From Eledone cirrhosa (taxonomy: Eukaryota), in contig OZ024751.1 in assembly GCA_964016885.1 (NCBI GenBank), positions 21,948,001 to 22,012,000 on the forward strand: a DNA stretch of 64,000 bases, given 5' to 3'. A program made the translations under genes and the position numbers. How positions within the stretch are numbered: position 1 is the stretch's first letter; each line of letters starts with the position of its first letter. Below are positions 41,653-55,404 of this stretch, piece after piece. A model generated the notes under the pieces. The model did not search any database, was not told where the DNA came from, and was given only the letters and a program-made list of their open reading frames with translations.

Positions 41653-42739
41653 ATGTATATATATGTGTATTTATATATATATATGTATGTGTATTTATAT
41701 ATATATATGTATGTGTATTTATATATATATATGTATGTATATACATATATATGTATGTGTATGTATATATGTATGTGTATGTATATACATATATATGTAT
41801 GTATATGTATATACATGTATATGTATGTATATGTATATACATGTATATGTATGTATATGTATATACATGTATATGTATGTATATGTATATACATGTATAT
41901 GTATGTATATGTATATACATGTATATGTATGTATATGTATATACATGTATATGTATATACATGTATATGTATGTATATGTATGTATGTATATGTATGTAT
42001 GTATGTATGTATGTATATGTATGTATATGTATGTATGTATATGTATATACATGTATATGTATGTATATGTATGTATGTATATGTATATACATGTATATGT
42101 ATATACATGTATATGTATGTATATGTATATGTATGTATATGTATATACATGTATATGTATGTATATGTATATGTATGTATATGTATATACATGTATATGT
42201 ATGTATATGTATATGTATGTATATGTATATACATCTATATGTATGTATATACATGTATATGTATGTATATGTATATACATGTATATGTATGTATATACAT
42301 GTATATGTATGTATATACATGTATGTATATGTATATACATGTATATGTATGTATATGTATATACATGTATATGTATGTATATGTATATACATGTATATGT
42401 ATGTATATGTATATACATGTATATGTATGTATATGTATATACATGTATATGTATGTATATGTATATACATGTATATGTATGTATATACATGTATATGTAT
42501 ATACATGTATATGTATGTATATACATGTATATGTATATACATATACATACATATACATGTATATGTATATACATATACATACATATACATGTATATGTAT
42601 GTATATGTATATACATATATATGTATATATATATATATGTATGTATATGTATATACATATATATGTATGTATATGCATGCATATACATGTAAATGTGTAT
42701 ATATATATATGTTTATATGTATGTATATACATGTAAATG

Positions 42740-42772
<33 letters not shown>

Positions 42773-42776
42773 ATAT

Positions 42777-42981
42777 AACGAAGGAAATGTGATAAGGAAC
42801 CAGATGGACCATAACGCACCAAAGTACTCAATACTTAGGGTAGTAGAGTGGGTAATAGGAACGAGTAGGACCCCGACGGCTGAGCTCAAGCCGTTTCGAC
42901 GGCTAATTCTGGACTAAAAAAAAGTCCAGAATTAGCCGTCGAAATGGCTTGAGCTCAGCCGTCGGGGTCCTACTCGTTCCT
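42777..42981 (-). mobile_element. Family B fold-back insert
   Basis: Palindrome centred on the A-run near 42919; family tail; (TA)n flanks. Confidence 0.85.
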
Positions 42982-43178
42982 ATATATATATATATATATG
43001 TATATAATAAATGTACATATATATGTATATACATGTAAATGTATATATATATATATGTTTATACATATGTATATAAATGTATGTATACACATGTACATAT
43101 ATGTATGTATATATGTATATATGTATATGTATGTGTGTGTATATGTGTGTATATGTATACACGCGCGCACACATAAAT

Positions 43179-43209
<31 letters not shown>

Positions 43210-43236
43210 TGTGTATGTGTGCGTTATTAAACTTCC

Positions 43237-43288
<52 letters not shown>

Positions 43289-43679
43289 TTTTATTGTTAC
43301 TAACGTAAAATATTCCCAAGTTGGATTTCAAGATACATCAAACATTTATTTCTATTTATAGATTGACCCCCCCCCCCTCCCCTACTGCTAAGACACCTGA
43401 AATATAACATAAATATAGATTAATTCCACCCCCGTTCCCCCGACTAAGACACTGAAAACAACATAAATACTACAAAAACGAATCTAATGTCTCTCTTCCT
43501 GCAAATTTAGAAGATATCTCTTTACATAATTATATTTAAATAGTTGCTACACACGCACGCACGCACACACGCACGCACGCACACGCACAGACACAGACAC
43601 ACACACAATCGCAGATACACGCACATACACAGACTCATACATGCAGACACACACACATACACATACTGAGACTCACACA

Positions 43680-43721
<42 letters not shown>

Positions 43722-43729
<8 letters not shown>

Positions 43730-44124
43730 TAAACGGAATAGAAAATGCTGACAAATTGTTCACAGTTGAAAAATGGTTTAATTAGGAATAAAAGAGTATT
43801 AGTGATTGTATGGGTTAGTATTCAGTTGTGGTTTTAAGTTTTTAAGTTTTTACCGGTTGCGCATTTCTAAATGCTTTTCAAAAATAATTTTCATCAGAGC
43901 AAACAGCACGGACACTCTATCTCAAAATTATTTTTGAAAAGCATTTAGAAATGCGCAACCGGTAAAAACTTAAAAACTTAAAACCACAACTGAATACTAA
44001 CCCATACAATCACTAATACTCTTTTATTCCTAATTAAACCATTTTTCAACTGTGAACAATTTGTCAGCATTTTCTATTCCGTTTACCAATATATAATAAC
44101 TTGTGTGTTACACCTCTATTCTTT

Positions 44125-44130
<6 letters not shown>
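43722..44130. mobile_element. Fold-back insert with ~170-bp essentially perfect arms
   Basis: Arms ~43722-43890 and ~43924-44094. Each carries ttt-TTGAAAA-gcatt(taga)aatgc-GCAA-ccgg-TA-aaa (U3-A8 hammerhead with A13C). Confidence 0.85.
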
Positions 44131-44164
<34 letters not shown>

Positions 44165-44204
44165 TTCAAAATATTAACAAAAATAGACATTCGTGTGATC
44201 AAGT

Positions 44205-44272
44205 ATATTTTATTATACATATTTCAGAGGTACTGAGCTATTTTCAACAGTACGTCCTCATCAGATAAAACA
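44205..44272 (-). ncRNA. Type-I hammerhead ribozyme inside a partial fold-back insert (44160-44397)
   Basis: tgttttat-CTGATGA-ggacgtactg(...)cagtacctct-GAAA-tatgta-TA-ataaaata. Confidence 0.75.
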
Positions 44273-44393
44273 AGATGTCTATTTTTGTTAACATTTTGAA
44301 TTAATATTAACTCTGGAAAACTATGCTGTTGAGTGCTTCCAATCTATTGTAAAACTCATTCTCTGATTTATTCATTGAACCTTGTTTAACCTT

Positions 44394-44430
<37 letters not shown>

Positions 44431-44450
44431 GGCGAACTGGGAGTCATAAC

Positions 44451-44599
44451 TGTTTCTACTTTTGGCACAAGGCCACCAAATACCCCAGTGTATTACTGGT
44501 ACTTTATTTTATCGACCCCGTAAGGATGAAAGGCAAAGTTAACCTCGGCGGGATTTGAACTCAGAACGTAAAGGGCCGTAACTCTATGCTGCAAAGCAT
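44451..44599 (-). mobile_element. tRNA-derived SINE, short form, 5'-truncated
   Basis: Matches the family consensus. Confidence 0.85.
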
Positions 44600-44877
44600 C
44601 TCTTTACATTTTATCCCACGCAGTTTAAAGACCCAACGACCGGGTTTATAGGGGTCGACAAAATAAAAGAAACAGTCAAATACTGGCGTCAATTGTAAAC
44701 GTCTATACCTTCTTCTTCGTCTTCTTCGTCTTCGTTTTTTTCTTTTTCGTCTTTTTCTTTTTCTTATTCGTCTTTTTCTTTTTCTTTTTTTTCTTCGTCT
44801 TCTTTTTCTTTTTCTTTTCTTTTTTCTCTTTCTTTTGTCTCTTTCTTCTTTTCTTCTGTTTTCTTCTTCTTCTCGGG

Positions 44878-44964
<87 letters not shown>

Positions 44965-45195
44965 ATCAAACAACCCTGTCTTCAATTGTGAATCCGGCTG
45001 AATCCCTCAAGTGAGACCAGACGAACCGAGCTCATGGATGTTATCCTACCATCATGCTCGGTGTCTACCCCAGGGCCCCCTGCAGGTTTGATTTGCCCGT
45101 ATGCGTCTATTTCGAAATTTTAAAAAACATTTTCGCCCACGTATCTAATCACTAGTATTTCATCATTCAATATTGTAGTAACTGGTATAGAAATG

Positions 45196-45288
45196 TCAAG
45201 TGTGTTGTTGTTTGTTGTGATTTAGAAGGAAACGGGGCTCAGACTGAGGATAACTTCCAGCTATGTACCCAGTGAAACGCCATTTAAT
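45196..45288 (-). CDS. Candidate orphan terminal exon
   Basis: Strong pyrimidine tract ttgtttctctctttaccag, then phase-0 IKWRFTGYIAGSYPQSEPRFLLNHNKQQHT*. Product not recognised. Confidence 0.35.
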   Translation of the reverse strand: MKWRFTGYIAGSYPQSEPRFLLNHNKQQHT

Positions 45289-45346
45289 CTGGTAAAGAGA
45301 GAAACAAGTATATACATATTTACCAGAAAAATCACACGTACGCCAT

Positions 45347-45415
<69 letters not shown>

Positions 45416-45460
45416 TCTCACTCACTCACTCACTCACTCACTCACATTATTAGACACACA

Positions 45461-45647
45461 AGGGCGGGGAATTGGCAGTATCGGTAGAGAGTCGGACGCC
45501 ATGCTTTCTAGCATAGTTACGTCCCTTTACAGTCTGAGTTCAAATCCCGCCGAGGTTAACTTTGCCTTTCATCCTCACGGGGTCGATAAAATAAAGTACC
45601 AGTAATGTACTGGGTAATTGCTGGCCTTGTGCCTAAAGTAGAAACAA
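45461..45647 (+). mobile_element. tRNA-derived SINE, short form
   Basis: gggcggggaattggcagtatcggtagag (A-box), gagttcaaatc (B-box), core and tail. Confidence 0.9.
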
Positions 45648-45799
45648 TTATTAGACACACACACACTTACACATCATCACACAGATACTATCACACATAC
45701 ACCATCACCTACACACACACACACACACACCCATACACATCACACATATACACCACACATATACTATACACCATCACACACACATCACACACACAATCT

Positions 45800-46440
45800 C
45801 ACACACGCATATACATGTTTTGTTGTCGTACAACTATTTTTCTTCTAGTTTCATATTCTTATACACACACACACACCATCACATGCACACACACACCATC
45901 ACATGCACACACACACACCATCACATACACACACACACCATCACATACACATACACACTCCATCACACACACCATCACATACACACACACCATCACACAC
46001 ACACGCATATACAGGTTTTGTTGTCGTACAACTATTTTTCTTCTAGTTTCATATTCTTATACACACACACACACACCATCACATGCACACACACACACCA
46101 TCATATGCACACACACACACCATCACATACACACACACACCATCACATACACATACACACTCCATCACACACACCATCACATACACACACACCATCACAC
46201 ACACACGCATATACATGTTTTGTTGTCGTACAACTATTTTTCTTCTAGTTTCATATTCTTATACACACACACACACACCATCACATACACACACACACAC
46301 CTTCACATACACACACACACACCATCACATACACACACACACACCATCACATACACACACACACACACACACCATCACATACACACACACACACCATCAC
46401 ACACACACACACACTCCATCACATACACATACACACACAT
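45800..46440. repeat. ~200-bp tandem unit x3 (unique ~55-bp core plus CA/CCAT microsatellite)
   Basis: gttttgttgtcgtacaactatttttcttctagtttcatattctta recurs at ~45817, ~46015 and ~46217. Confidence 0.9.
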
Positions 46441-47400
46441 ATACGCTATAATATAAAAACACCTCTAATTTTCATCTATTTTTCTCCTATTCTATTCTAT
46501 ACATAAACTGGGATCTATTTTCGCCCAGTGGTTAGTTTGGCGTGTATAATTACTGCACATTTCCCGCACGTATCCTTTCCATCAGTAGGTGAACGAATCA
46601 CCATATTTACAATGTGATCGTTTATAAAAAGCAGCTTCCGGTTAGCCGTCATATCGTCATTCATTCATTCATTCATTGATTGATTAAACGTTCAAACAGT
46701 TAGAATACTCGCCTACTACTCCTTCCTTCCTTCCTTCCTTCCTTCCTTCCTTCCTTCCTTCCTTCCTTCCACCTCCTCCCTCTATTTAAGCCACCACGTA
46801 CATAACCATATATACGTATCGTTTAGATATTTATGGCGCGTGGCTTAGTGGTTAGAGTGTTGAGCACACAATCGTAAGGTCGTGGAGTTAGATTCCCAGA
46901 TTGAGCGGCGCGTTGCGTCCTTGAGCAAAATGCTTTATTCCTTGTAACTCCATAATATATCCCTTTAACTGTAATATGTATCGTCGACTGAAACTCGAGG
47001 AAAGTCAAGTTCTAATTGTCTTACTGCAGTCGTTAACCTATATCAAATGTTAGCTTTTCTGCCACGAGCCCTTAGATCTACCGAGCCTCGTCTTTGTTTT
47101 GAATTTTTATGATATATATATATATATATATATATGTCTGTCTGTGTGTGTGTGTATACAGCAGATGAAAAAAACTTGCCTCAACACTTAATTTTAAATC
47201 TTTAATTTTTAGTTTTTATTAATTCTTTTTTTTATTATTAATTCTTTAATTTTTACTCTTATTAATTCTTTTTAATTGTAATACTCAACATTTAATAAGA
47301 TGGATTTTACTAATACATCGAAACCGGTTATACTTTATATACTTTATATACATTATAAAACTCTTTTTAAAAAGAAATTTTCCCTCTCTCTCTCTCTCTG

Positions 47401-47448
<48 letters not shown>

Positions 47449-47645
47449 GCGTGTATATATATATATATGTGTGTATATATGTGTGTGTATGTATATGTGT
47501 GTATATATATATATGTGTGTATATATATATATATATATGTGTGTGTATATATGTATATATATGTGTGTGTGTATATATATATGTGTGTACATATATATGT
47601 GTATATATATATGTGTGTGTATATATATATATATATGTGTATATA

Positions 47646-47688
<43 letters not shown>

Positions 47689-47829
47689 ATATATATATAT
47701 GTGTGTATATAGATATATATATGTGTATATATATATGTGTGTATATATATATGTGTGTATATAGATATATATATATATGTGTATATATATATGTGTATAT
47801 ATATATATATATATGTGTATATATATATA

Positions 47830-47860
<31 letters not shown>

Positions 47861-47960
47861 GTGTATATATATATATATGTGTATATATATATATATATGT
47901 GTGTATATATATATGATAAAGAACACAAGAGCGTCTACAACATCAAAAGATTTTTTATTG

Positions 47961-48005
47961 GCTTACAATGTTTCTTCCTTACGTAACCGTAGGATTCGTC
48001 AGAGC
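47961..48005 (-). ncRNA. Minimal type-I hammerhead in a TA-flanked insert (47913-48156)
   Basis: gct-CTGACGA-atcctacg(gtta)cgtaaggaa-GAAAC-att-GTA-agc, followed by AATAAA. Confidence 0.75.
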
Positions 48006-48153
48006 TATAAAAGGGGTTTGATTGGTGTTATGGACTCTACCAACCAAACATTCAAGAACAAAGAGTAAAGAGAGTCAAGAGCAAAAGCAGGGGACGATAA
48101 GTCTAATTTTGTTGCGGGAGGGTGGGGTTTGGGTCTTTGTTTACTAGCTGTGG

Positions 48154-48211
<58 letters not shown>

Positions 48212-49072
48212 ATATATATGTGTGTGTGTGTGTGTATATATATGTGTGTGTGTATATATATGTGTGTGTGTATATATATGTGTGTGTGTATATATATGGG
48301 TGTGTGTATATATGTGTGTGTGTATATATATATACATATGTGTGTATATATATGTGTTTGTATGTGTGTACATTATATCTAAAAAATATATGTGTGTATA
48401 TATATGTGTTTGTATGTGTGTACATTATATCTAAAAAATATATATGTGTACATATATGTGTGTGTGTGTACATTATATATAAAATATATATAAGATACAT
48501 GTTTGACATGGATGCGTACATTTTGTGTTTGCGTGCTAAATTGCTGACAGAAAAATCTCATACGTCGTTTATATGAGACGGCCAAGTTCGCTGACTTGGT
48601 GATACTCATTGTATGGATGATAAATACATGCAACAAATTTAAGAGAGGATAATTCACAAATTTACTCGATTGTGGTATTAACGCTAGCACGCAAAGCTGG
48701 CAATTAAGCAATTAAGTGAATCGTTATCTGGTTTTCGCCGATGTGTTTAATTTATGGTCAAAAACCGTTGGTTCCAAGTATATATATTAGTGCGTATATA
48801 TGTTTAATTTATGGTCAAAAGCCGTTGGTTACAAGTATATATATATATATATGAAGGCGTGTGGCTGAGTGGTTAGAGAATTGGATTCGCAATCGTAAGG
48901 TTGTGAGTTCGATTCCTGGACCAGGCGATGCGTTATGTCCTTGAGCAAGACACTTTATTTCACGTTGCTCCTTCTACCTGGAGTTGCGACCGGTAGATAG
49001 ATAGTATTAGCAATTGGAAAGACCGACGGAAACATTGTTCCCTCGGTCCGATTTGACGAAAGTCGATCGTTC

Positions 49073-49132
<60 letters not shown>

Positions 49133-49174
49133 AGAAAAAAAGAGAATCAGTGTTGCGACGAATGGAATTTATTG

Positions 49175-49270
49175 GACATATTAGAATCGTTTCTCTGGCG
49201 ACCAGCTCGAGGCACGATCGATATGATGATCGAACCTGACTCTGAAAATCGCAAGGTCCTCAGATACATC
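49175..49270 (-). ncRNA. Hammerhead motif with long stem II in insert 49130-49340
   Basis: gatgtat-CTGAGGA-[~63 nt]-GAAA-cgattc-TA-atatgtc. Homologous to 31601-31690; stem III is imperfect. Confidence 0.6.
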
Positions 49271-49337
49271 TTGATTCTACCAAGCATCGAGTGCTCAAAC
49301 GGCCTACCGCATACGGACGCTTTAAGCATCCAACTCC

Positions 49338-49388
<51 letters not shown>

Positions 49389-49434
49389 TGCGTTTATATG
49401 TATGTAGTTTGTGTACATACTATCTATATATACG

Positions 49435-49468
<34 letters not shown>

Positions 49469-49839
49469 GTGAATGTAGATACCTTGATCAGAGTATTGAA
49501 TAAGTCAAGTTTTATGCGGGAAATAAATCACCAGCGTATCAATTGAGAAGTGTCTCAGTATTAACGGATTTTTTCTGAACAGTATAATGAAAATATTCGG
49601 TTGGTTTGTACTTCTGGTTAGGTTCATACTGCCAGATGGTCTACATCCGGTTAAATAATCTGGAGGATATATCCTTCTTTACGATTTGTTCTCGTGGTGA
49701 ATTTTGATTTTATTTCTATTTTTGAATTAATATTGTCTGGAATCCTGTTAGGATATAAAACTTCTCGGCCGTGCACAGTACACATTGTTCTGTTTCAGTG
49801 TGACATACTGCGCTCCTCTAGTGAACAATTACTGTGAAA

Positions 49840-50100
49840 ATGGTCAACACAATTTCCCTTCAATTACCAGATAATACAGGTGCGAAAAGACATTAAAACT
49901 TTAGAAAGTTTTCATCCGACAAAGCTACGAAACGTATTATGGATACGATGCTAAGAACACGTTACAACATAGAGGCTGAGGTGTAACATCACTAGCTGCG
50001 ATGGACTGGCCAGATTCAAAGAATGTCTGATCATTGCCTGCTAAAGATATTACAAGAAGGAGCATATCCAAGAAGGAGCTCAGATGTGGCAGTATAAGGA
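49840..50100 (+). mobile_element. Decayed RTE-type LINE C-terminal fragment
   Basis: Broken frames read LESFHPTKLRNVLWIR and LRWTGQIQRMSDHCLLKILQEG, matching the RTE LE.FH...LR.IL and LRW.GH..RM motifs. Confidence 0.65.
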
Positions 50101-50312
50101 CCAACTAAAGTGGAAAAAAAAACAAAAAAACAAACATTATCATTAATGATTCCTTATGAACTGTAGATGCATCTAACCGTCCGATTTGAAGAAGAAAATG
50201 CTTTGCTGCAGTTATCTTTTTATCTAAATTAACTCGGAAACAGCTAACAGGAGGCTGACAAAAAGAGAGGTCTTTGGAGAGAAGCAGGCTGAGTATAGAT
50301 ACTCTTGGAACA

Positions 50313-50515
50313 AGTTGTGTCCGGGTGTCCCATATCCATCTTGTCAACGTTACATTAGAATAGGTTTGTCCCTTATTGTCCCTGCCAACGTTACGTTAGA
50401 ATATGTTGTGTCCAAGTGTCCCATATTCTCCCTGTCAACGTTACACTGGTACAAATTATGTCCGAGTGTCCCATATCCTCTCTGTCAACGTTCGTTATAC
50501 TATAACAAGTTACGT
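50313..50515. repeat. Diverged ~45-55-bp tandem repeat
   Basis: gtgtcccatat...tgtcaacgttac recurs about 4 times. Confidence 0.75.
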
Positions 50516-50800
50516 CTCTCTAATGTCCTCGCTGTCCTTGCTGTTATAGCGGGGTAAAATTTGTTGAATCAAAGCATATTACAACTCAAAGTTAAATTCA
50601 TTGGAATAAAATTCTCGATTTTGAGTGAGGAGGATGATGATGATGATGATGATGATACACACATACATATCCAGAGGGAGAAAGAGATACATACACATAC
50701 ACACACAGAGAATGAGAGAGAAATATACACACAGACACAACACGAATATATATACATATATACATACACACACACACACACACACACAGACACAATACGA

Positions 50801-50831
<31 letters not shown>

Positions 50832-51046
50832 CATACCCCCCCCCCCCCCCCCCCCTACACACACATATATATATATATATATGTATATATGTATATATAT
50901 ACACAGACACACTGAGACAGAGTGAAGGAAGGTGAAATAATTAGAGAGATATAGTGACAGTAAAGAATTAAAGATGGCCGGTGAAAACCAAGTTTAATGA
51001 CAGACAATTTCCTCTTGGTTCTTCTTATTTCTTCATCGTTAATAAT

Positions 51047-51234
51047 TGTTTCTACTTTTGTCACAAGGCCAGCAATTATCCCAGTGTATTACTGGTACTT
51101 TATTTTATCGACCCCGGAAGGATGAAAGGCAAAGTTAACCTCGACGGGATTTGAACTCAGACAGTAAATGGCAGTAACTCTATACTGCAAAGCATGGCGT
51201 CCGACCCTCAACCGATACTGCCAATCCACCGCCC
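51047..51234 (-). mobile_element. tRNA-derived SINE, short form
   Basis: Full-length family match. Confidence 0.9.
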
Positions 51235-51738
51235 TTAATAATAATAACAATAATAATGAGAAGAAACAACATTTACAATAACATTCATGAACACTTTAAA
51301 ATAACAGAAGTCAGCTGATTGAAGCTGAGGACATATGTAAAAAAATTGTAACAAAAAACGAACCATCGAAAATTGATGAAACGAAACGTTGTGAATACTT
51401 TGTTTGAAACAATAAAAAAACCATTTAAAGAATGTTACTGAAACGAAACGAAACAAGGAATGTGTATTTTTGACAACAGGGACATACTGAAGTTGGAAAT
51501 ATTGTGCATACAACCTTGGAAAATATGAAACTTCGAGCTCTTTGCATTTCTATAAAAAATAGCAAATGGAGCGAAATAGAGGAAATTGGTATTTCCAAAG
51601 ACACACTGAGTTATTGAAGAGATATTAAATTGATGAAAACACCAGAAGGTATTTAAAAGAAAAAAAAGAAAAACACGAAATAAATACGAAACAAAAAGGC
51701 TGACTTTATCCCCCCCCCTCTCTCTCTCTCTCTCTCTC

Positions 51739-51782
<44 letters not shown>

Positions 51783-51839
51783 TGTGTGTGTGCGTGTTAT
51801 TTTAAAGTGTTCATGAATGTTATTGCACACACGCGCGCG

Positions 51840-51870
<31 letters not shown>

Positions 51871-52193
51871 GTATATATGTATGTAAGTATATATGTACGT
51901 ATATATGTATTTATGTAAGTGTGTATGTATATATGTATGTAAGTATATATGCATGTAAGTGTATATATATATGTATGTATATATATATGTATGTAAGTGT
52001 ATATATATGTATGTATATATGTATGTAAGTGTATATATATGTATGTATATATGTATGTAAGTGTATATATATGTATGTATATATGTATGTAAGTGTATAT
52101 ATATGTATGTATATATGTATGTAAGTGTATATATATATATGTATGTAAGTGTATATATATGTATGTATATATGTATGTAAGTGTATATGTATG

Positions 52194-52227
<34 letters not shown>

Positions 52228-53245
52228 CGTACGTACGTGTATGTGTGTGTGCATATATGTATATGTATACATATATGTGTATATGTATATGTGTGTGTAT
52301 ATGTCTGTGTATATATGCTTATATACATATGTATGTATATGTATACATGTATGTATATGTATACATATGTATACATGTATATGTATACATCTATGTATAT
52401 GTATACATGTATGTATATGTATATATGTATGTATATGTATATATGTATGTATATTTATATATGTATGTATATGCATATATGTATACATATGTATGTATAT
52501 GTATATATGTACACATATATATGTATACATATGTATGTATACATATATATGTATACATAGGTATGTATATGTATATATGTATACATATGTATTTATATAT
52601 GTATGTATATGTATATATATGTATACATATGTATTTATATATGTATGTATATATATATATGTATACATATGTATTATATGTATGTATGTATGTATGTATA
52701 TATATGTATGTATGTATGTATATATATATATATGTATACACATGTATGTATATATATATGTATACATATGTATGTATGTATAAGTATGTATATATATATA
52801 TGTATATATATATATATGTTTGTATGTATATGTATGTATGTAAAAGTATGTATATATATATATGTACTGATGTGTGGATATATATGTAGCGTAAGCTAAT
52901 GTTTGTATGTAGCTGACAGGTATAAAGGTAGATGGAACTAGTAAAACAGATTATTTCAGTATATGGAAAGAAACAAACAAAACAACAAACTAAAATGACA
53001 AAGAGTAAACATTAAAAACAAAACTACACCCCGAAAGCAACAGAAGACCAGAATATGTATAATCAGGAAATATTACGTACATTCACGCACACACACACAC
53101 ATACACAAGCATATACACGTATATCAATACGCGCACACATGCACACGTATATCAACAAAATCAACAACGTACTCACATATACACATATGGACGAACAGGC
53201 ATATACAACACACACTCACTCACTCCTCTCAATATATATATATAA

Positions 53246-53368
<123 letters not shown>

Positions 53369-53439
53369 GGAAAGGCTTGCTATATAGAAGCCGAAACTGC
53401 TAGGTGTCACGGTCCGGTTTATAAGTTCCTTTATAAATA

Positions 53440-53632
53440 TATATCTTTATTTTATATAAAAATCACTTTTACAGAACTAAAATAGTTTCATCTATGATGA
53501 TTTCATACGTATGAAACAGTTCTAGTCCCGTAGAAGTCATTTCTATATGAAATAAAGATATATATACTCTGCTAACTTATTGAGTTCCTTTTTTAATTGT
53601 GGCCATCTCCCGATATCCATTGGGAATCCACC
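53440..53632 (+). mobile_element. Older family A fold-back insert
   Basis: atgatga-tttcatacgtat-GAAACAGttctagtcCCGTAgaag, with a diverged inverted arm at 53450-53492. Confidence 0.7.
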
Positions 53633-54574
53633 TATATTTATATAAATATAACTTTGCTTTTCATCCTCTCTAGGTCGATAAATAAGTACCAGTCATGTAC
53701 TGGGTTCGATTCTTCCTCAATATCTATCTCTTACTTCCTCCCTCGTACACTTTTTCTCTTCTACTCTGGTAGATTTTGGCTGTGTTTAGACCTGGAGAGT
53801 AGATGCGCTCCGCCAAGTTTAAAGTACTCAAAGTACGCCGTATCCCGGTGGTGTCCGCAAGACTCCATCAATAGTTACGTATTCACAGGTACCAGAGATG
53901 GCATGGCATGGCCTCGTAACTTCTGCGGGAGTCATAGAGGCGCCATATTGACATACGGCATCTTTAAGGCACTTTTAAAACCCGACGGAGCCAATCTCTC
54001 TCTGGATCTGATGAATACAGCAGATTTCTTCCTGAGAGTGATAGCGAGTGATAGGGAGTGATAGGGAGTGATAGGGAGTGAAAGTGTGAAAGAGACATAT
54101 AGGAAGAACCCACCCCAGTACTTCACTGGTATGTTTTTTTATCGACCTCGAATGGATGAAGGGCCAAGGTGACATCGGTGGGATTTGAATTCAGAGAGCA
54201 GAAAACCGAAACAAATACCATAAAGCATTCTATCCGACTTTCTAACGATTCTGCCAATTCGCCGTTTCATACACGAGATAGAACACTCAAAAGATATGGA
54301 CTACTATACGTTAATCTCCAAGGGGGGCATGGGCTACTTTTCTCCCCCACTTCGACATATGAGATGCTCACGGGCTCTTCCTGGACTTGGTGTACATAGA
54401 AATGGATGGTGGTCAGAGTTGTTGTCAGGGTCCGAGTGTGTGTGTTTTCCCACGCAGCTACGAAGTAATTACGGCTGTTTTTGTTTTTTTTTGTTCATTG
54501 AAAGCTTGGCCATGTTTCTCTCACTTTCACTCTTCTTCCCCCTCTATCGCATTCCCCACTATCTCTTTCTCTAT

Positions 54575-54649
<75 letters not shown>

Positions 54650-55404
54650 CTCTCTCTCACCACACAAAAACTCACACTTTTTCTTTTTTTCTCTTATACA
54701 CACTCTCCCTTCCTCTGCCACCTCCTCTCTCACTCCTCCACAAAACACCCACACTCTCTCTTTCTCTCTCCTCCACACACTCTCTCCCTCACTCAGCAAC
54801 CCTCTCTCTTGCACCCATACTCCCCTCACTCACTCCACCCCCACTCCCTCTATCTCCCCATCACATCTCCTCCATCTCTTTTATCCCCACCTCTCGTCTG
54901 CTACAAGCCTCTCACAAATGTCTTCTAAGCAATGAATGTAGCTGCCATTAATGACGGAACAACACACTAACTTGGATTGGTCGGTGTCATCATGGCTTGA
55001 TTTATTTGGATAGCCTGCTGGTAAGAAACTGAAGGCTGATAGTGATGATGATGATGGCTAGGAAGAAGTGATGGTGGTGGTTATGAGTGGCCAGGACAGT
55101 TGGTAACTAGAAAGTGATAGCTAGGAAAAGTGCTAACAGTGATGGCGTATGTGGGAGAGAGAGAGAGAGAGAGAGAAAGGTATTATATAATTAAGTTTAC
55201 TAACTCCAACTCAATATTACTAATATTATATATCACTTAAACCAGCCCCCCCCCCCAACAAAAATAACACCCCGACGTTTTGCTTCCAATCGGAAGAAAA
55301 TACTCTCACTTAAGACTAGTATAAAATTAAACTTGTAAAATCGGGCAGTTAAGGAAACATTACGATAGAAGAATCATTATTGAAGGTTAATTGTTTTATA
55401 TAAT

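Noticed and set aside
45226-45291. Plus-strand 66-bp AG...GT mini-exon (KETGLRLRITSSYVPSETPFNL)
   Set aside because: Overlaps a minus-strand candidate with a stronger acceptor, and has no partner exons.
45461-45560. tRNA gene
   Set aside because: The A and B boxes belong to a SINE head with no cloverleaf, and continue into the SINE core.
53597-54126. ORFs over a GC-richer segment
   Set aside because: They run through SINE fragments and a gtgataggga repeat, with no recognisable protein; likely a transposon relic.
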